This document shows positions 8,001 to 17,646 of a stretch of DNA of 38,738 nucleotides, piece after piece (within the stretch, counting starts at the first letter, position 1; each line of letters starts with the position of its first letter). The notes beneath the pieces were generated by a model. The model saw only the letters and a list, made by a program, of their open reading frames with translations, had not been told where the DNA came from and did not search any database. This DNA comes from a virus (lineage: Duplodnaviria; Caudoviricetes), in the IMG/VR virus record IMGVR_UViG_3300037484_000300, positions 1 through 38,738 of that record; one strand, written 5' to 3'. A program made the translations under genes and the position numbers.

Positions 8001-10737
8001 AAATAGTATGCCCAGACTTTACATAATTAGGGCAAAATATTTCACAAGTTGTATTTCCGTTATCAGTTATAGACGGACAAGCATTAGCAAAAATGCTGCC
8101 TACTGTAACAGGACTCAATATTATATTTCCTATATAATCAAAATTACCATAAACCGTTGCTACATCAGTAGTATTATTATCGCGGAATGAATCACAATTT
8201 TTTACATCAATATGAAGCGTAGGCATAGCTGAGCCGGTGATTGATATTCCAAAATACGATGCAGTATTTGCAATAATTTGCTCTGCATTGATATAACATG
8301 TTTGACTGTTATTAAAATAAATTGAATGACTAGTTAAATCAGACGCACCTATAATTTTAGCAGTAATAGAACGGTTTCCAGAAGGATCATATAAACTATA
8401 TGCTAAAGTAGCTTCTGGAGCATAAATATCTATCCATTGAGTTAAACCAAAATTAATCGATGAAGAACCGCCTGAACCATAATATCCAGCATCTTGACAA
8501 TAACAAACAACTCTATTAGTCGCACTAGGTGTTCCAAACGCTGTTTGTGCTAAAGTGTATGCTGCTGAAAGAGTGGCCTTTCTCGTCTCCCAACTCAAGC
8601 CATTATTAGCGTCGTTCCCGCCCATACCGAAAAATACTATGTTAGTGCCTGTCAAATCCCAATTTAATTGTGAAGCTAAATAATCGTTTGCAGTTGCGAC
8701 AACGTTTCCAGTTCTACCAAATACTGAGGCAACATCACTACCGCCAGTACTACCGCCAGCGCTACCGCCAATTCCTAAAGTACCAAATACACTACCACTA
8801 GAAATATAAGCAGTACCAGCACCAACAGCAGTTGCCAAATCAGTTGTACCTTGTTGAATAATTATCATTGCACGGATATTACCACCGGCCAAATCTGGAT
8901 TAATTATTGGCGTATAAGTCCGTAAGGCAATCTTTGCAGCTGTAAAGGTTGCATATTCAGTTTGGCCATAAAGCATAAACATTGTATATGTCCCATTGGC
9001 TGGGAAAAATAAAGTCGTTTGAATAGTATAATATGTAGGAGTTACAGCATGTAATGTCCCAGTTCCATCATCATAATATTCTGGATCTAAATCAGTTGTA
9101 GCTGTGCTTAAAGTCGTTTTACCTGCTGTTGCGCTTTGATATGCTGGTAAAAAAGTAAAAGTTGGTACATTAGCTGTAATTGGATAATTAGGATTATTAG
9201 CATCAACAGTTACATAAGCACCAACACGATATGATACCCCTTGTCCTTTATCTAGTTTTAAATTTGCGCCATTAGCTGTTATGACGTTCCCACTTAAATT
9301 AATAACGCCAAAAGAAGTGCCAAAACACAGATACTCTAAATCGCCATAATAAAATAATGGCAATTGATAAACTCCGGTAATAACTGTATTACCAAAATGA
9401 GATAATCTCCCCAATCTAATAATATCATCATGAAGTTGTGTTAAAGTAAAATCGGTAGGACTAGTTACAATAGTTGAAGTAGACTTACTCCATCCAATCC
9501 AAGTTCCTGCTGCTGTAGCAAGATATGGAGTGGATAATCCAATTTGACTAGGCCAAGATATAAAAGTTTGGATTGGAGCACTGGGATTGGTTAAATCCAT
9601 TACTTGTGCAGAACAAGCCGCTACATCAAACAACGTATCATCAGTATTTATTGATAATAAAGAATCCCATGATGTTCCACAAGAAATTAAACCCGTATGG
9701 TTCCAATTCTTTATTCCATTTAGGGTATTTGTAATAGTTGTTATACTAGGATCATTTGTTGAGATAGACTGATTATTAATAATCTGTATTTGCGCGCTTG
9801 TGGCGCCACTAGTATAATTAATGACAGCTGACCCAATAGAGGCTTCATCACTTACAATAGTACATAAAGTACCATCCATATTTATATAATCAACTGGGGA
9901 ATTACGTAATATAACATCGACAAAATTTGTAGTTCCAGTGATACTTAAAGTGGTAAAATTAGTTCCTTGTAGATTTGCCGAAGCATCATCATTTGTGGAA
10001 GTTATAGTAAGATCAGTTAAAGAACTACCATAAGCATGTAATGTAGCACTATCTATAGTTACATCATTTAAAGTTTGGGTTGCTTTTAAAGTTAAAATAT
10101 CATTTGAACCTGCTCTACCATTAAAAGTAATATCCCCTTGGAAATAACAATTTATTAAATCTAAAAAGCAATAGAAAGCGCCTCCCAACGCATTTAAATC
10201 AAAATTTATACCAGTAGATTCGGTATATACATTTTGCAAAGCCATTTCCGAATTACCTGTTCCAAAAGAACTATCAGGAAGCATATAACTTGCTGCTGAA
10301 TCAATATTAGTTGGGTATAAAGCATCTGCTCCTATATAAACATAAGGCTTTAATACTATTGTCGCTTCAGTATGAATACCAGGAGTATAATGTGCTAAGA
10401 AAGTATTATTATATGCGGCGGTTGTTATTGCTGCAGCTGCTCCATTATAGGTAGCAAATGGGTTACCCATTTTGCTTACAATACCTGTAGTATCATTTCC
10501 TAAAGTTTGGTCTACCCATGCTTTATTTGTCTCTCTTGGAACATTACTAGTATAAGTCTTTACAGCTAATTGCGTAGGAACTACAGCATTAGAGGCTGAT
10601 GACCCATCTAGCGCCGTATCACTTGAATATTTAAACTTATTTCCTGGTGTTATTCCATCAGCATTTTCAGCAGCACCAAGTAAATTATTGATATCTGTTG
10701 TAGTAGCTAATCCGCTAAATTTTATTCCTATTGGCAT
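5086..10737 (-). CDS. Large tail fibre/tailspike (1883 aa) with several pectin-lyase-like beta-helix domains
   Basis: T/G/S-rich; five beta-helix N-cap motifs; fibre linkers VASVFGRTGNV and DATGDMYYR. Confidence 0.85.
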   Translation of the reverse strand: MPIGIKFSGLATTTDINNLLGAAENADGITPGNKFKYSSDTALDGSSASNAVVPTQLAVKTYTSNVPRETNKAWVDQTLGNDTTGIVSKMGNPFATYNGAAAAITTAAYNNTFLAHYTPGIHTEATIVLKPYVYIGADALYPTNIDSAASYMLPDSSFGTGNSEMALQNVYTESTGINFDLNALGGAFYCFLDLINCYFQGDITFNGRAGSNDILTLKATQTLNDVTIDSATLHAYGSSLTDLTITSTNDDASANLQGTNFTTLSITGTTNFVDVILRNSPVDYINMDGTLCTIVSDEASIGSAVINYTSGATSAQIQIINNQSISTNDPSITTITNTLNGIKNWNHTGLISCGTSWDSLLSINTDDTLFDVAACSAQVMDLTNPSAPIQTFISWPSQIGLSTPYLATAAGTWIGWSKSTSTIVTSPTDFTLTQLHDDIIRLGRLSHFGNTVITGVYQLPLFYYGDLEYLCFGTSFGVINLSGNVITANGANLKLDKGQGVSYRVGAYVTVDANNPNYPITANVPTFTFLPAYQSATAGKTTLSTATTDLDPEYYDDGTGTLHAVTPTYYTIQTTLFFPANGTYTMFMLYGQTEYATFTAAKIALRTYTPIINPDLAGGNIRAMIIIQQGTTDLATAVGAGTAYISSGSVFGTLGIGGSAGGSTGGSDVASVFGRTGNVVATANDYLASQLNWDLTGTNIVFFGMGGNDANNGLSWETRKATLSAAYTLAQTAFGTPSATNRVVCYCQDAGYYGSGGSSSINFGLTQWIDIYAPEATLAYSLYDPSGNRSITAKIIGASDLTSHSIYFNNSQTCYINAEQIIANTASYFGISITGSAMPTLHIDVKNCDSFRDNNTTDVATVYGNFDYIGNIILSPVTVGSIFANACPSITDNGNTTCEIFCPNYVKSGHTIYVDINRTDAYIPNGTEIMPYKTFSAAVAAMGTPSVGFAIHIATGTYTEASLVTLPNVPIVIYGNEAIITFASGLTIQYPSYVINDLNIVGNVTMSSTAATGQGLSNGGSVTGDITYNGGRTGFKNTILLGGLITVTSPAFWVANICTVTSQITGDGQIIIENCQINTGKTTPLITSTTGGTLIVVNSLITNTSTGGGISCNNGANGVTAINGISNCIITVASGAPIACGTAVTIIVKCTVNGTPTGTGYIGSNFDIIGGGTIMGLGSDATGDMYYRAATTLLTRIAPNSTATKMYLSQTSSGAPAWSTAEAYLASSNIIWFGKGGSDTNNGLTWGNRLLNMDAAYNLAVTAFGTLGSTNQAVVYCPDAGRYDVGTLSSGLGATYVHIIMPVATVNGGLPVTSGNEIFINIHKVIGGISFFNGAIVFLKIDYLFGSITQAANYGSTIYFDIFQMQSFIDSGGTGTIAAYGKIGYMSGNITATSRSNGNLYIGKCAGTITNASTNFAIRCDNYASQAYNTNYYNSAGVLASLAPNTAITPTFLSMTGTGAAGNVPMWRAHQTYNSIFVTRFGTDNTELYVTNYTATATTGWINVAADFPTIAAVVDKGCYVVPSGVTVVDNDVTKTNTGMSFTGPLQISWDATNTRWVRRTGKTLQDPVCSIAVASYLNYYYGATYGIECLDAATYNFADQFVWYGSLHAPLATINSTGFSSIETTTNLSLYFDKMTTTPSDAFGSGGILLTGSGNAYIQCNSAMPLNSGSPTKMFSATAGSLTVIANTIRNTNTTDYTIYTSGTGAVWVNANRMRGELFANAGTIYCTATITTSITMGGAGTIYLNNKLIQSVSISTWVCAATASTPTTIIRLSKDIATNTVTMSLDSWSAVGNSSTAAQITAAAVIPAAFRPTTGPAIGAIAAHDTDGIYSDVGSWGSAVIDSSGNIAIMKTAAYPVTGDWNPGTNNFGFYSSTIQWNTAQ

Positions 10738-10751
10738 AATATTTTTCCTCT

Positions 10752-10934
10752 TTAATTATCTAGTAATGGCTCACCAGAATTGTCTAATAAAAATGTATCT
10801 AAACCAGCATTATCTAACAAAAAATCAGACATTGGTGGTGGCATAGGCTGTCCTGAAAACGAAGTTTGCACAAACACCCCACCCTCTGTAAATAAATACG
10901 GTACTTTCATGCCTCTAGCATTACTAAACAGCAT
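10752..10934 (-). CDS. Small tail-associated protein
   Basis: Repeated FLLDNxG motif; lies between fibre genes. Confidence 0.6.
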   Translation of the reverse strand: MLFSNARGMKVPYLFTEGGVFVQTSFSGQPMPPPMSDFLLDNAGLDTFLLDNSGEPLLDN

Positions 10935-11262
10935 ATAAAGATACTCCTATCACAGCTGTTGTATCAGAAGTGATGAAACTCAATACATCTCCTGCTTTTA
11001 CTAATCTGGCAGCTGGGTTTAAATCCGAAAATGTCGCTGCAAAAGATACTCCAGGAACCACGGCAGTTTGATTATCCGCTACCCATATTGTGGCGCCTGG
11101 TTCAAAAGCAAATACTACCAAATAATAAGCACTATCAGATGGTATAGTTAATGATTGGGCAACACCTGCCGCTAATGTAGTATTATAATTAGTATCTGAA
11201 AAAGCTAATCCAAAGCCGTTATAACCATTTATATCTCTTGTCATATTAAATTTAGTTGTCAT
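10924..11262 (-). CDS. Small virion or tail protein (beta-rich)
   Basis: GGAG RBS; position and composition. Confidence 0.7.
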   Translation of the reverse strand: MTTKFNMTRDINGYNGFGLAFSDTNYNTTLAAGVAQSLTIPSDSAYYLVVFAFEPGATIWVADNQTAVVPGVSFAATFSDLNPAARLVKAGDVLSFITSDTTAVIGVSLYAV

Positions 11263-11274
11263 AATTCTTCTCCG

Positions 11275-13716
11275 TTAATATTTAATGTAATAGTAAACTA
11301 CTGTATTTGGTGGCCTAGCTTCATAAGAATCATCCAATTCTGCTGGAAGCTCAGTATGATCAGCACCTAAATTGCGTTCTAACATCATGTTATATTGACT
11401 GTCAATACCTTCAACTGTTGGAGCCAAAGTCCCAGTATTTTCGCCACCACTTTGTTTCCAAATATTATGATGATGTACTTTATTAGTAGTAAATTGTGAA
11501 GTACCAGCGCTTGGACCATAAATCCCTGGAACTAACGACCATCTTATACCAGATCCTTCATCAACAGTTGAATTTGGATCATAACCACGTAAAAACATTC
11601 CTTCATAATTTGGAACAGCATAATATACGCTATTGATAGCTATTTGAGTTTTTTGAGATACAGTTAGACTTGTATCAGTAGATAATATATCTACTTCTAT
11701 GCCTGTTTTACCAACTACAGCTGGATCAGAACCAACTCCATCTACTTTATACCATACATAATAACTAGTAGTTAAAGTAGAAAAATTAAAATAACTTCCT
11801 GCTGTAACTGTACTACCAGCTTTAGCTTCTATATGGCTAACATGCCATCCGTTTAAAGACATTCTAGTCGTTTCGTTTACTATTCTTACAGTATCTGTAG
11901 ATCTTATATTTATTCTAACTGAATATAAATAAGTTCTATCAGAAGGCGCAGGATCAGAACCACTGCCATCTACTGTATACCACCAATAACCCCATGCAGT
12001 AGCATCTGTTTTATTAGCCAATGGAATAATTTGAAAAACACCATAAGTACCAGCTAATGGAGCTCCTCCAGCTGTAACAGTATTACGCTCAATCGCTGGA
12101 GTATCATATGTACCAACATATAACATTGTTTTAGTAAATCCAGTAGGCATTGGGATTGGGGAATAGTCGTGATATTGAACATATTTCCAATCCTGTCCAC
12201 TTATATATACTGCATTCTGATCTGTTACTAAATAAAATATATTAGAACTTCTTGTATAAGCTTTTACTTCATAACCACTTGATCCTGTATGTGCAACATA
12301 GAAATCAAATCCCGTAGGTATTGCGCCATCTGATGTATTAGTTACAGTTCCTGCAGCATTAGTAGTAATAAGTAAAGCATTTCCGGAGTTTGTTGCATCA
12401 GTATAAGCTGAGACATAAGAACTACCAGTTCCATATCTTGTAATTCTCGCAGCAGAATCATATAAAATATTAAATAATCTACTATTAGGAACTCCACAGC
12501 TCCAATAATCTTCTGTTCTTAATTGAGTTCCGTCACAAATTTGCCATCCATTATAAGTAGCTAGATTAACACTAGTTTTTATCTCACCAATTCCTGACAA
12601 ATCTACTATAAGTCCTTGCGGAGTTTTCACTAATGGTAAATAATAATCTGATCCATCAGTTGCAAACTGCATATTTGCATACATTGAACGATAATTAAAC
12701 TCATTATTGGTAGTTACAGGGTAATCATTAACCGTTATATCTCCCTGAGCTAATAAAAAGTTAGTAAAATTAATATCGAAAACATTATCCGTTGGTAAAT
12801 TTATATGGAGAGAAGTATGATTTCCATCTCCTAAAATCTTTCCATTATTATTATTAAAAGTAAAAGAAGTAGTATATATATGATAACCAGGAAGAATAAC
12901 AAATGTAGCCTTGACATCATCAGTATCAGCAGATCCTCCTGATCCATAATTTTTAAAAACGCTAAATGTTACTGTCGCTGCTGAAATATTACTTTGTGCA
13001 GCAAAAGAAAATGTATATTGCTGTGTATCAGATGAAAAAGTATTTACATTATAACTATTTAAACGATAATTTAAGCGTTTAAAAATATCTGTTAAATCAG
13101 GAATAATACATCTAAGTTTTACTGACCATTGTGGATTTCCAGCAGGGTCTGTTGTCCAAGAAGTAAATTCTTCAAAAGTTACAAAATCACTGGCTGTAGA
13201 AGTACTTGATCTATTAAATTGCCATAATCCAGGAGCTATATCAGTATCTTCTTGTGTTATTTCTCCATAATCATTTGTCGATGTGGCTATAATGTCATCG
13301 TGTAAATAAAATTGTCCATTTTCTATATAATTTTTAACATCTGTCATTGCAGTTGTTTCGACTCCAACATTTGGTTGTCCTTCTCTAGTAAATTGCAATA
13401 TGCTGTCAGCACTTTCTACAGTAATATAATATAAATCTGTATTACCTAATAAATCATAAGGATAAAAATACGGGACAATATCATTGCCAGAGCCATCCTC
13501 AAACGTTCCCACGCTACTTAATATCATAGGATTAGCTAATGGTGTATATGTATAATTAGGTGGAATACCACTTATTTGATACATAGGCTTTAAAGTAGTA
13601 CGAGAGCTATCTTCATAGAAAGTTACAATGCCGCCAGCTAATGGTAATGCAGTATCTTTATCTACAAAATATTGTTGTAAATAAGCTGCTGGTATATAGT
13701 GTAAATCCAAACCCAT
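11275..13716 (-). CDS. Tail fibre/tailspike with P22-type head-binding N-terminus and tail-collar motifs
   Basis: FVDKDTALPLAGGIVTFYE...NPMILSSVG N-terminus; GWQICDG, VPNYEGMFLRG and EARPPNTVVYYYIKY collar/tip motifs. Confidence 0.85.
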   Translation of the reverse strand: MGLDLHYIPAAYLQQYFVDKDTALPLAGGIVTFYEDSSRTTLKPMYQISGIPPNYTYTPLANPMILSSVGTFEDGSGNDIVPYFYPYDLLGNTDLYYITVESADSILQFTREGQPNVGVETTAMTDVKNYIENGQFYLHDDIIATSTNDYGEITQEDTDIAPGLWQFNRSSTSTASDFVTFEEFTSWTTDPAGNPQWSVKLRCIIPDLTDIFKRLNYRLNSYNVNTFSSDTQQYTFSFAAQSNISAATVTFSVFKNYGSGGSADTDDVKATFVILPGYHIYTTSFTFNNNNGKILGDGNHTSLHINLPTDNVFDINFTNFLLAQGDITVNDYPVTTNNEFNYRSMYANMQFATDGSDYYLPLVKTPQGLIVDLSGIGEIKTSVNLATYNGWQICDGTQLRTEDYWSCGVPNSRLFNILYDSAARITRYGTGSSYVSAYTDATNSGNALLITTNAAGTVTNTSDGAIPTGFDFYVAHTGSSGYEVKAYTRSSNIFYLVTDQNAVYISGQDWKYVQYHDYSPIPMPTGFTKTMLYVGTYDTPAIERNTVTAGGAPLAGTYGVFQIIPLANKTDATAWGYWWYTVDGSGSDPAPSDRTYLYSVRINIRSTDTVRIVNETTRMSLNGWHVSHIEAKAGSTVTAGSYFNFSTLTTSYYVWYKVDGVGSDPAVVGKTGIEVDILSTDTSLTVSQKTQIAINSVYYAVPNYEGMFLRGYDPNSTVDEGSGIRWSLVPGIYGPSAGTSQFTTNKVHHHNIWKQSGGENTGTLAPTVEGIDSQYNMMLERNLGADHTELPAELDDSYEARPPNTVVYYYIKY

Positions 13717-15239
13717 TATTGATTACCTCCTAGAAGTTTATAAAGATTAGCTAATGTTGCTGTCCTAGTTCCTTCGTAGCCTTTTCTTCCAACACTTGAA
13801 AGAAGACTACTTAAATCTGGAAATTTGCCACTTAAAGATCTCATTACTGGAGAAGCTAGAGAAGCTCCAGTAAGCCCACCAGCAATTTCAGCCAATCCCC
13901 GTGGAAACATTTTATATCCTAAAGCAAATCCAGCGCCTTTCTGTGCAAGTTCCTTATTGGCTATTTTACTTTTCATGTCTTCTAATTTTCCTTGTAGGCT
14001 TGGATGAATAGGTACATTTTTTATTTCTTGTTTTTCAAATGCTTTAGCAATTTTCTCAGGTGTAGGATTTCCCCCTAACTTCCTAAGAGTTACAGCCGCT
14101 TGCCGTTGAGGAGTAACATTTCTCGCCCAATTAGCATTAGCTTCTGAATATTTACCTAAAAGTTCAGGATTATTTTTTCCTAAGAAATTACGAATATCTT
14201 TTTGCAAAGCAAAGCGTGCAAATTCATATGAATCTTTAATCTTTCTATCTGCCTGATCTAAAGCCCCAAGTCTAGCTTCTTTTGTTCCATATTTTCTTAT
14301 TTCTTCAGCAAGTTGACTTTGCAAAGAATGAGCATTTTTAGCTGTAGGTTCTTCTACAAAAAGATCGTGAACCTTCTTAAGCTTGGAGTTATATATATCT
14401 TTTAATTGTTCTTCATTAATATCAGTATATTTTACATATTTGTCACTTGTACCTTTTATACCATGTACTTTATCTAATGGGATATTTTTTGCTAGCCCTT
14501 GTTCAGCATAAATAGAACTATCAGGAATGGAATTAAACACCCTATTATATAAACTCTTACCTTCTTCTTTTACAGATTTAATGCTTGCAGGACTAAGAGT
14601 TTGTTTAATTTCATCGGCTATTAATTGTGGTCTTATAAGCTTTGAAGCTTTAGCAATGCCTTTAAATACTGGCGGTAAAGTTTCAAATGCCAAATTTGTA
14701 GCTGCACTTCCTAATCCACTGCTAGTCCTATCTTCAGGACTCATCATAGCGCCATAACCACCAGCGCCCAAAGTTCTTGCGGCCGCAGCAGGAATACCTT
14801 TACCAGCGGCAGCAGCTAATTTACCTATATATGGCAATCCTTCTGCAGCTAATCTCCCAGCACCCAAAGTTTCTCCACCGGCCATATATCCAGCTATATC
14901 ACCTGCCACATTTCCCAATTGATAAGATAATGTATCTTTATCACCTGTTTCCTGAAATGGGATTCTAGTTTTTGGTATTAGATTGGCTAAAGCTGGATTA
15001 CTTGCTGACATTAAATTAGATGGTATATTTAAACTCTTCAATACATTAGCAAGTTGTATCGCTTGATTACGTACAGCATCTCCAGCTCCTAAAGTAAATT
15101 CTACTGGGGCTGAGGATGCTAATGATTGTAAAAATCCTTGTGGTTGATCTTGTTGTGATTGATCTTGAATAGGAGTTCCACCCAAATCTGAATAATCAAT
15201 AGGGCTTCCGCCTAAATCTGAAAAATCATTTTGATTCAT
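13716..15239 (-). CDS. Putative DNA ejection (pilot) protein, P22 gp16 position
   Basis: Acidic repeat N-terminus, Gly/Ala-rich segments, synteny. Confidence 0.65.
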   Translation of the reverse strand: MNQNDFSDLGGSPIDYSDLGGTPIQDQSQQDQPQGFLQSLASSAPVEFTLGAGDAVRNQAIQLANVLKSLNIPSNLMSASNPALANLIPKTRIPFQETGDKDTLSYQLGNVAGDIAGYMAGGETLGAGRLAAEGLPYIGKLAAAAGKGIPAAAARTLGAGGYGAMMSPEDRTSSGLGSAATNLAFETLPPVFKGIAKASKLIRPQLIADEIKQTLSPASIKSVKEEGKSLYNRVFNSIPDSSIYAEQGLAKNIPLDKVHGIKGTSDKYVKYTDINEEQLKDIYNSKLKKVHDLFVEEPTAKNAHSLQSQLAEEIRKYGTKEARLGALDQADRKIKDSYEFARFALQKDIRNFLGKNNPELLGKYSEANANWARNVTPQRQAAVTLRKLGGNPTPEKIAKAFEKQEIKNVPIHPSLQGKLEDMKSKIANKELAQKGAGFALGYKMFPRGLAEIAGGLTGASLASPVMRSLSGKFPDLSSLLSSVGRKGYEGTRTATLANLYKLLGGNQ

Positions 15240-15240
15240 A

Positions 15241-16692
15241 TCAACCTACCTTTTTAGCTCCGCGCTTAATAGCTGCATCCAACTTATCCTGAGGAATATT
15301 CCAATGTTTACCATCCGATGCTATGATCTCTACCATACCTTGAGGAGTGGCTGTTGCAGCTTTTTTCTTTTCTCCGATATCTAAATAATTTTCTTCTAAT
15401 TTAGGTACTTGATATGCTTTCCTATATGCACCTTTATTTACAGGCTCAGCAGCACCTATTACAGCATCTGATAAATCGCTGAATGTTCTCATAGATTTAT
15501 TAAATAATTCTTTAGCTGATTTTGGATTTAATGTAATATTATCAATTGCACTTAATAAATTATGCATTTCTTCGCGCTGCTCATTAGTAGCACCCATTTT
15601 CTCCATCATTTTAATTTGATTTACCAATGCTGTTCTAAAATCATTAGTAGCCCATACCATATCTGTGTAACCTGAAGATGGAGTTAATCCCATAGCAGCT
15701 AATGATTGATCTTTTTTCCTTTGTACTGCTCCTTTAACTCCAGAATAATCAAGAGCATTATTAATTCGTGGAACATATGTTTCACGGTTATCCATAAGCC
15801 ATTTCTCCAATGCAACGGCAGCTTCAGCCCTACCGTTCATCGCAGTACCAGTAAGTTTTTTATTAGCTATTAATTCTCCTGCTGCTTGTAATTGCTCTGT
15901 TTGTTCTTTAGTAGATGCAAATCTAGGCGCAGCAGTTGGTTGCGCCATTGTAGGTGCGCCAGTGGGTTGTCCACCAGTTGCTTGTTGTTGTAATGATGCT
16001 AATTGATCTTGTACCGGAGACGGAGCTTGTTGTGGTTGAGGTTGCATACCCCCTAATCTATCCTGCAATGGTACTTGTTGTCCCTGTTGTTGAGGTAAAT
16101 TTGCTGCCATATCAGGAAAATATTGTTGAAGAGCGCTTCCTAAAATTTTCTCTATAGGACTTACTTCCTGTTGCAAAGCTTTATTACCTAAAGTATTAAG
16201 CATATCATTATATGCGCTTTGGTTTTGTGCAATCCATGTAGCTCTTTGTGCTTCAGGCATAGAAGTTAATGTACGTGATAATTGATAAGCATCTCCAAAC
16301 CTACTAGAAGTATTCATTTTTCCAGCAATATTTAATAAAGCATTAAGTGGTATATATTTAGTTTGAGCTTGTTTATAAGCTATATCAGCTTCAGTTTCTT
16401 CTGGATAATATTGATTAGCTAATTGCGTCTTTCTTGCTTCTTCCTGTTTAGCTAATAAATCAGCTAATGTTATTTTCTCAGCATATTTAGCTTTAGGAGC
16501 ATCCATCTGTGTTTGATATTGAGCTTGCCTTAAAGCTTCTTCCAACATAGGTTGAGTATAAGGAAGTGCTGCCTGCGCTTTTTGATTAGATAAGGTATCA
16601 CCAACAATTCTAACCCCCCGTTGAACACCCTCTAAAGCAGGATTAGCTTGTTCAAAACTTAACATTGGAAAATTCATTACTGGTATAGCCAT
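15241..16692 (-). CDS. Putative DNA ejection protein, P22 gp20 position
   Basis: Helical, Q/P-rich linker, synteny. Confidence 0.65.
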   Translation of the reverse strand: MAIPVMNFPMLSFEQANPALEGVQRGVRIVGDTLSNQKAQAALPYTQPMLEEALRQAQYQTQMDAPKAKYAEKITLADLLAKQEEARKTQLANQYYPEETEADIAYKQAQTKYIPLNALLNIAGKMNTSSRFGDAYQLSRTLTSMPEAQRATWIAQNQSAYNDMLNTLGNKALQQEVSPIEKILGSALQQYFPDMAANLPQQQGQQVPLQDRLGGMQPQPQQAPSPVQDQLASLQQQATGGQPTGAPTMAQPTAAPRFASTKEQTEQLQAAGELIANKKLTGTAMNGRAEAAVALEKWLMDNRETYVPRINNALDYSGVKGAVQRKKDQSLAAMGLTPSSGYTDMVWATNDFRTALVNQIKMMEKMGATNEQREEMHNLLSAIDNITLNPKSAKELFNKSMRTFSDLSDAVIGAAEPVNKGAYRKAYQVPKLEENYLDIGEKKKAATATPQGMVEIIASDGKHWNIPQDKLDAAIKRGAKKVG

Positions 16693-16701
16693 ATTAACCT
16701 C

Positions 16702-17364
16702 TTAAAATCCTAACATTCCGCCTATTCCACCCCAGAATCCGCCTGTATTTTGATTCTCAGCTGTAGTTCCAGCATAAGCCAAACCAGCTTGAGACATTAA
16801 AGAATTAGCCAAGTTTTCAGCTAATCCACTAGATGCTTGATAGCCCATTTGGTTAATGTTACCCATTCCACTAAGCCCTGTGTTATATAGCCCCATAGCT
16901 TGATTTAAATAATTGTAATAATCTTGATTGGCTAATCCTGATACCACTTGACCCAATTGTTGTTGTTCTTGTGGACTACCTACCATTCCACCTGCAGCTG
17001 CAGCCTGATTCATGGCTTTGGTTGTTTGGTCAACATTATATTGATATCCAGGAGAGGCTTGGTATTGCGATCCCATTTGATTCATCTTGGCAGATGGATC
17101 ATTTATAAGACTTCCATACTGTCCCATTAAAGAGGAAAGTGCATTTTGACCAGCATTAATATATGGTTGATAATATGGTGTTATAGTTCCAGCAATATTT
17201 TCTAAATACGGACTAGCTGCTTCCATAGGACTATTATAATTAAGCTGCCCCATGATAGAACCGAAAATTCCACCCATATTTGGAGAAGCTTGCTTAATAG
17301 AACTCAAAAGATTACCACTCATTCCTTGAGACCCTAAAGCTCCACCTAACGCACTTGCCATCAT
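16702..17364 (-). CDS. DNA ejection protein, P22 gp7-like
   Basis: QPYINAGQNAL, SPGYQY and AAAAGG motifs; Gly-rich termini. Confidence 0.75.
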   Translation of the reverse strand: MMASALGGALGSQGMSGNLLSSIKQASPNMGGIFGSIMGQLNYNSPMEAASPYLENIAGTITPYYQPYINAGQNALSSLMGQYGSLINDPSAKMNQMGSQYQASPGYQYNVDQTTKAMNQAAAAGGMVGSPQEQQQLGQVVSGLANQDYYNYLNQAMGLYNTGLSGMGNINQMGYQASSGLAENLANSLMSQAGLAYAGTTAENQNTGGFWGGIGGMLGF

Positions 17365-17376
17365 AATAAAATACCC

Positions 17377-17646
17377 CTATAAAGTTTGTATTGTTTTAAA
17401 AGAACCATTTTCATTAACCATCGCCTTATTAGTTGTGGTGTTATAAATAATGGCGCTGTTAGATTTAATATTATCTAAAACCGTTATATTCGTAGCATCT
17501 TGCTGTGGTAAAAATATACCCTCTGCAGATAAATTTGTCTGTAATTGGCTAAAAAGTTGATTAAACATCTGTTTAGCGTCATCGGTTAGATAACCTTGTT
17601 CATTAACAATCTGCATATCTAAGAAATTTGGTATATTTATACTCAT
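17377..17646 (-). CDS. Small virion-associated protein
   Basis: Between tail hub and ejection genes; ATGA overlap. Confidence 0.65.
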   Translation of the reverse strand: MSINIPNFLDMQIVNEQGYLTDDAKQMFNQLFSQLQTNLSAEGIFLPQQDATNITVLDNIKSNSAIIYNTTTNKAMVNENGSFKTIQTL

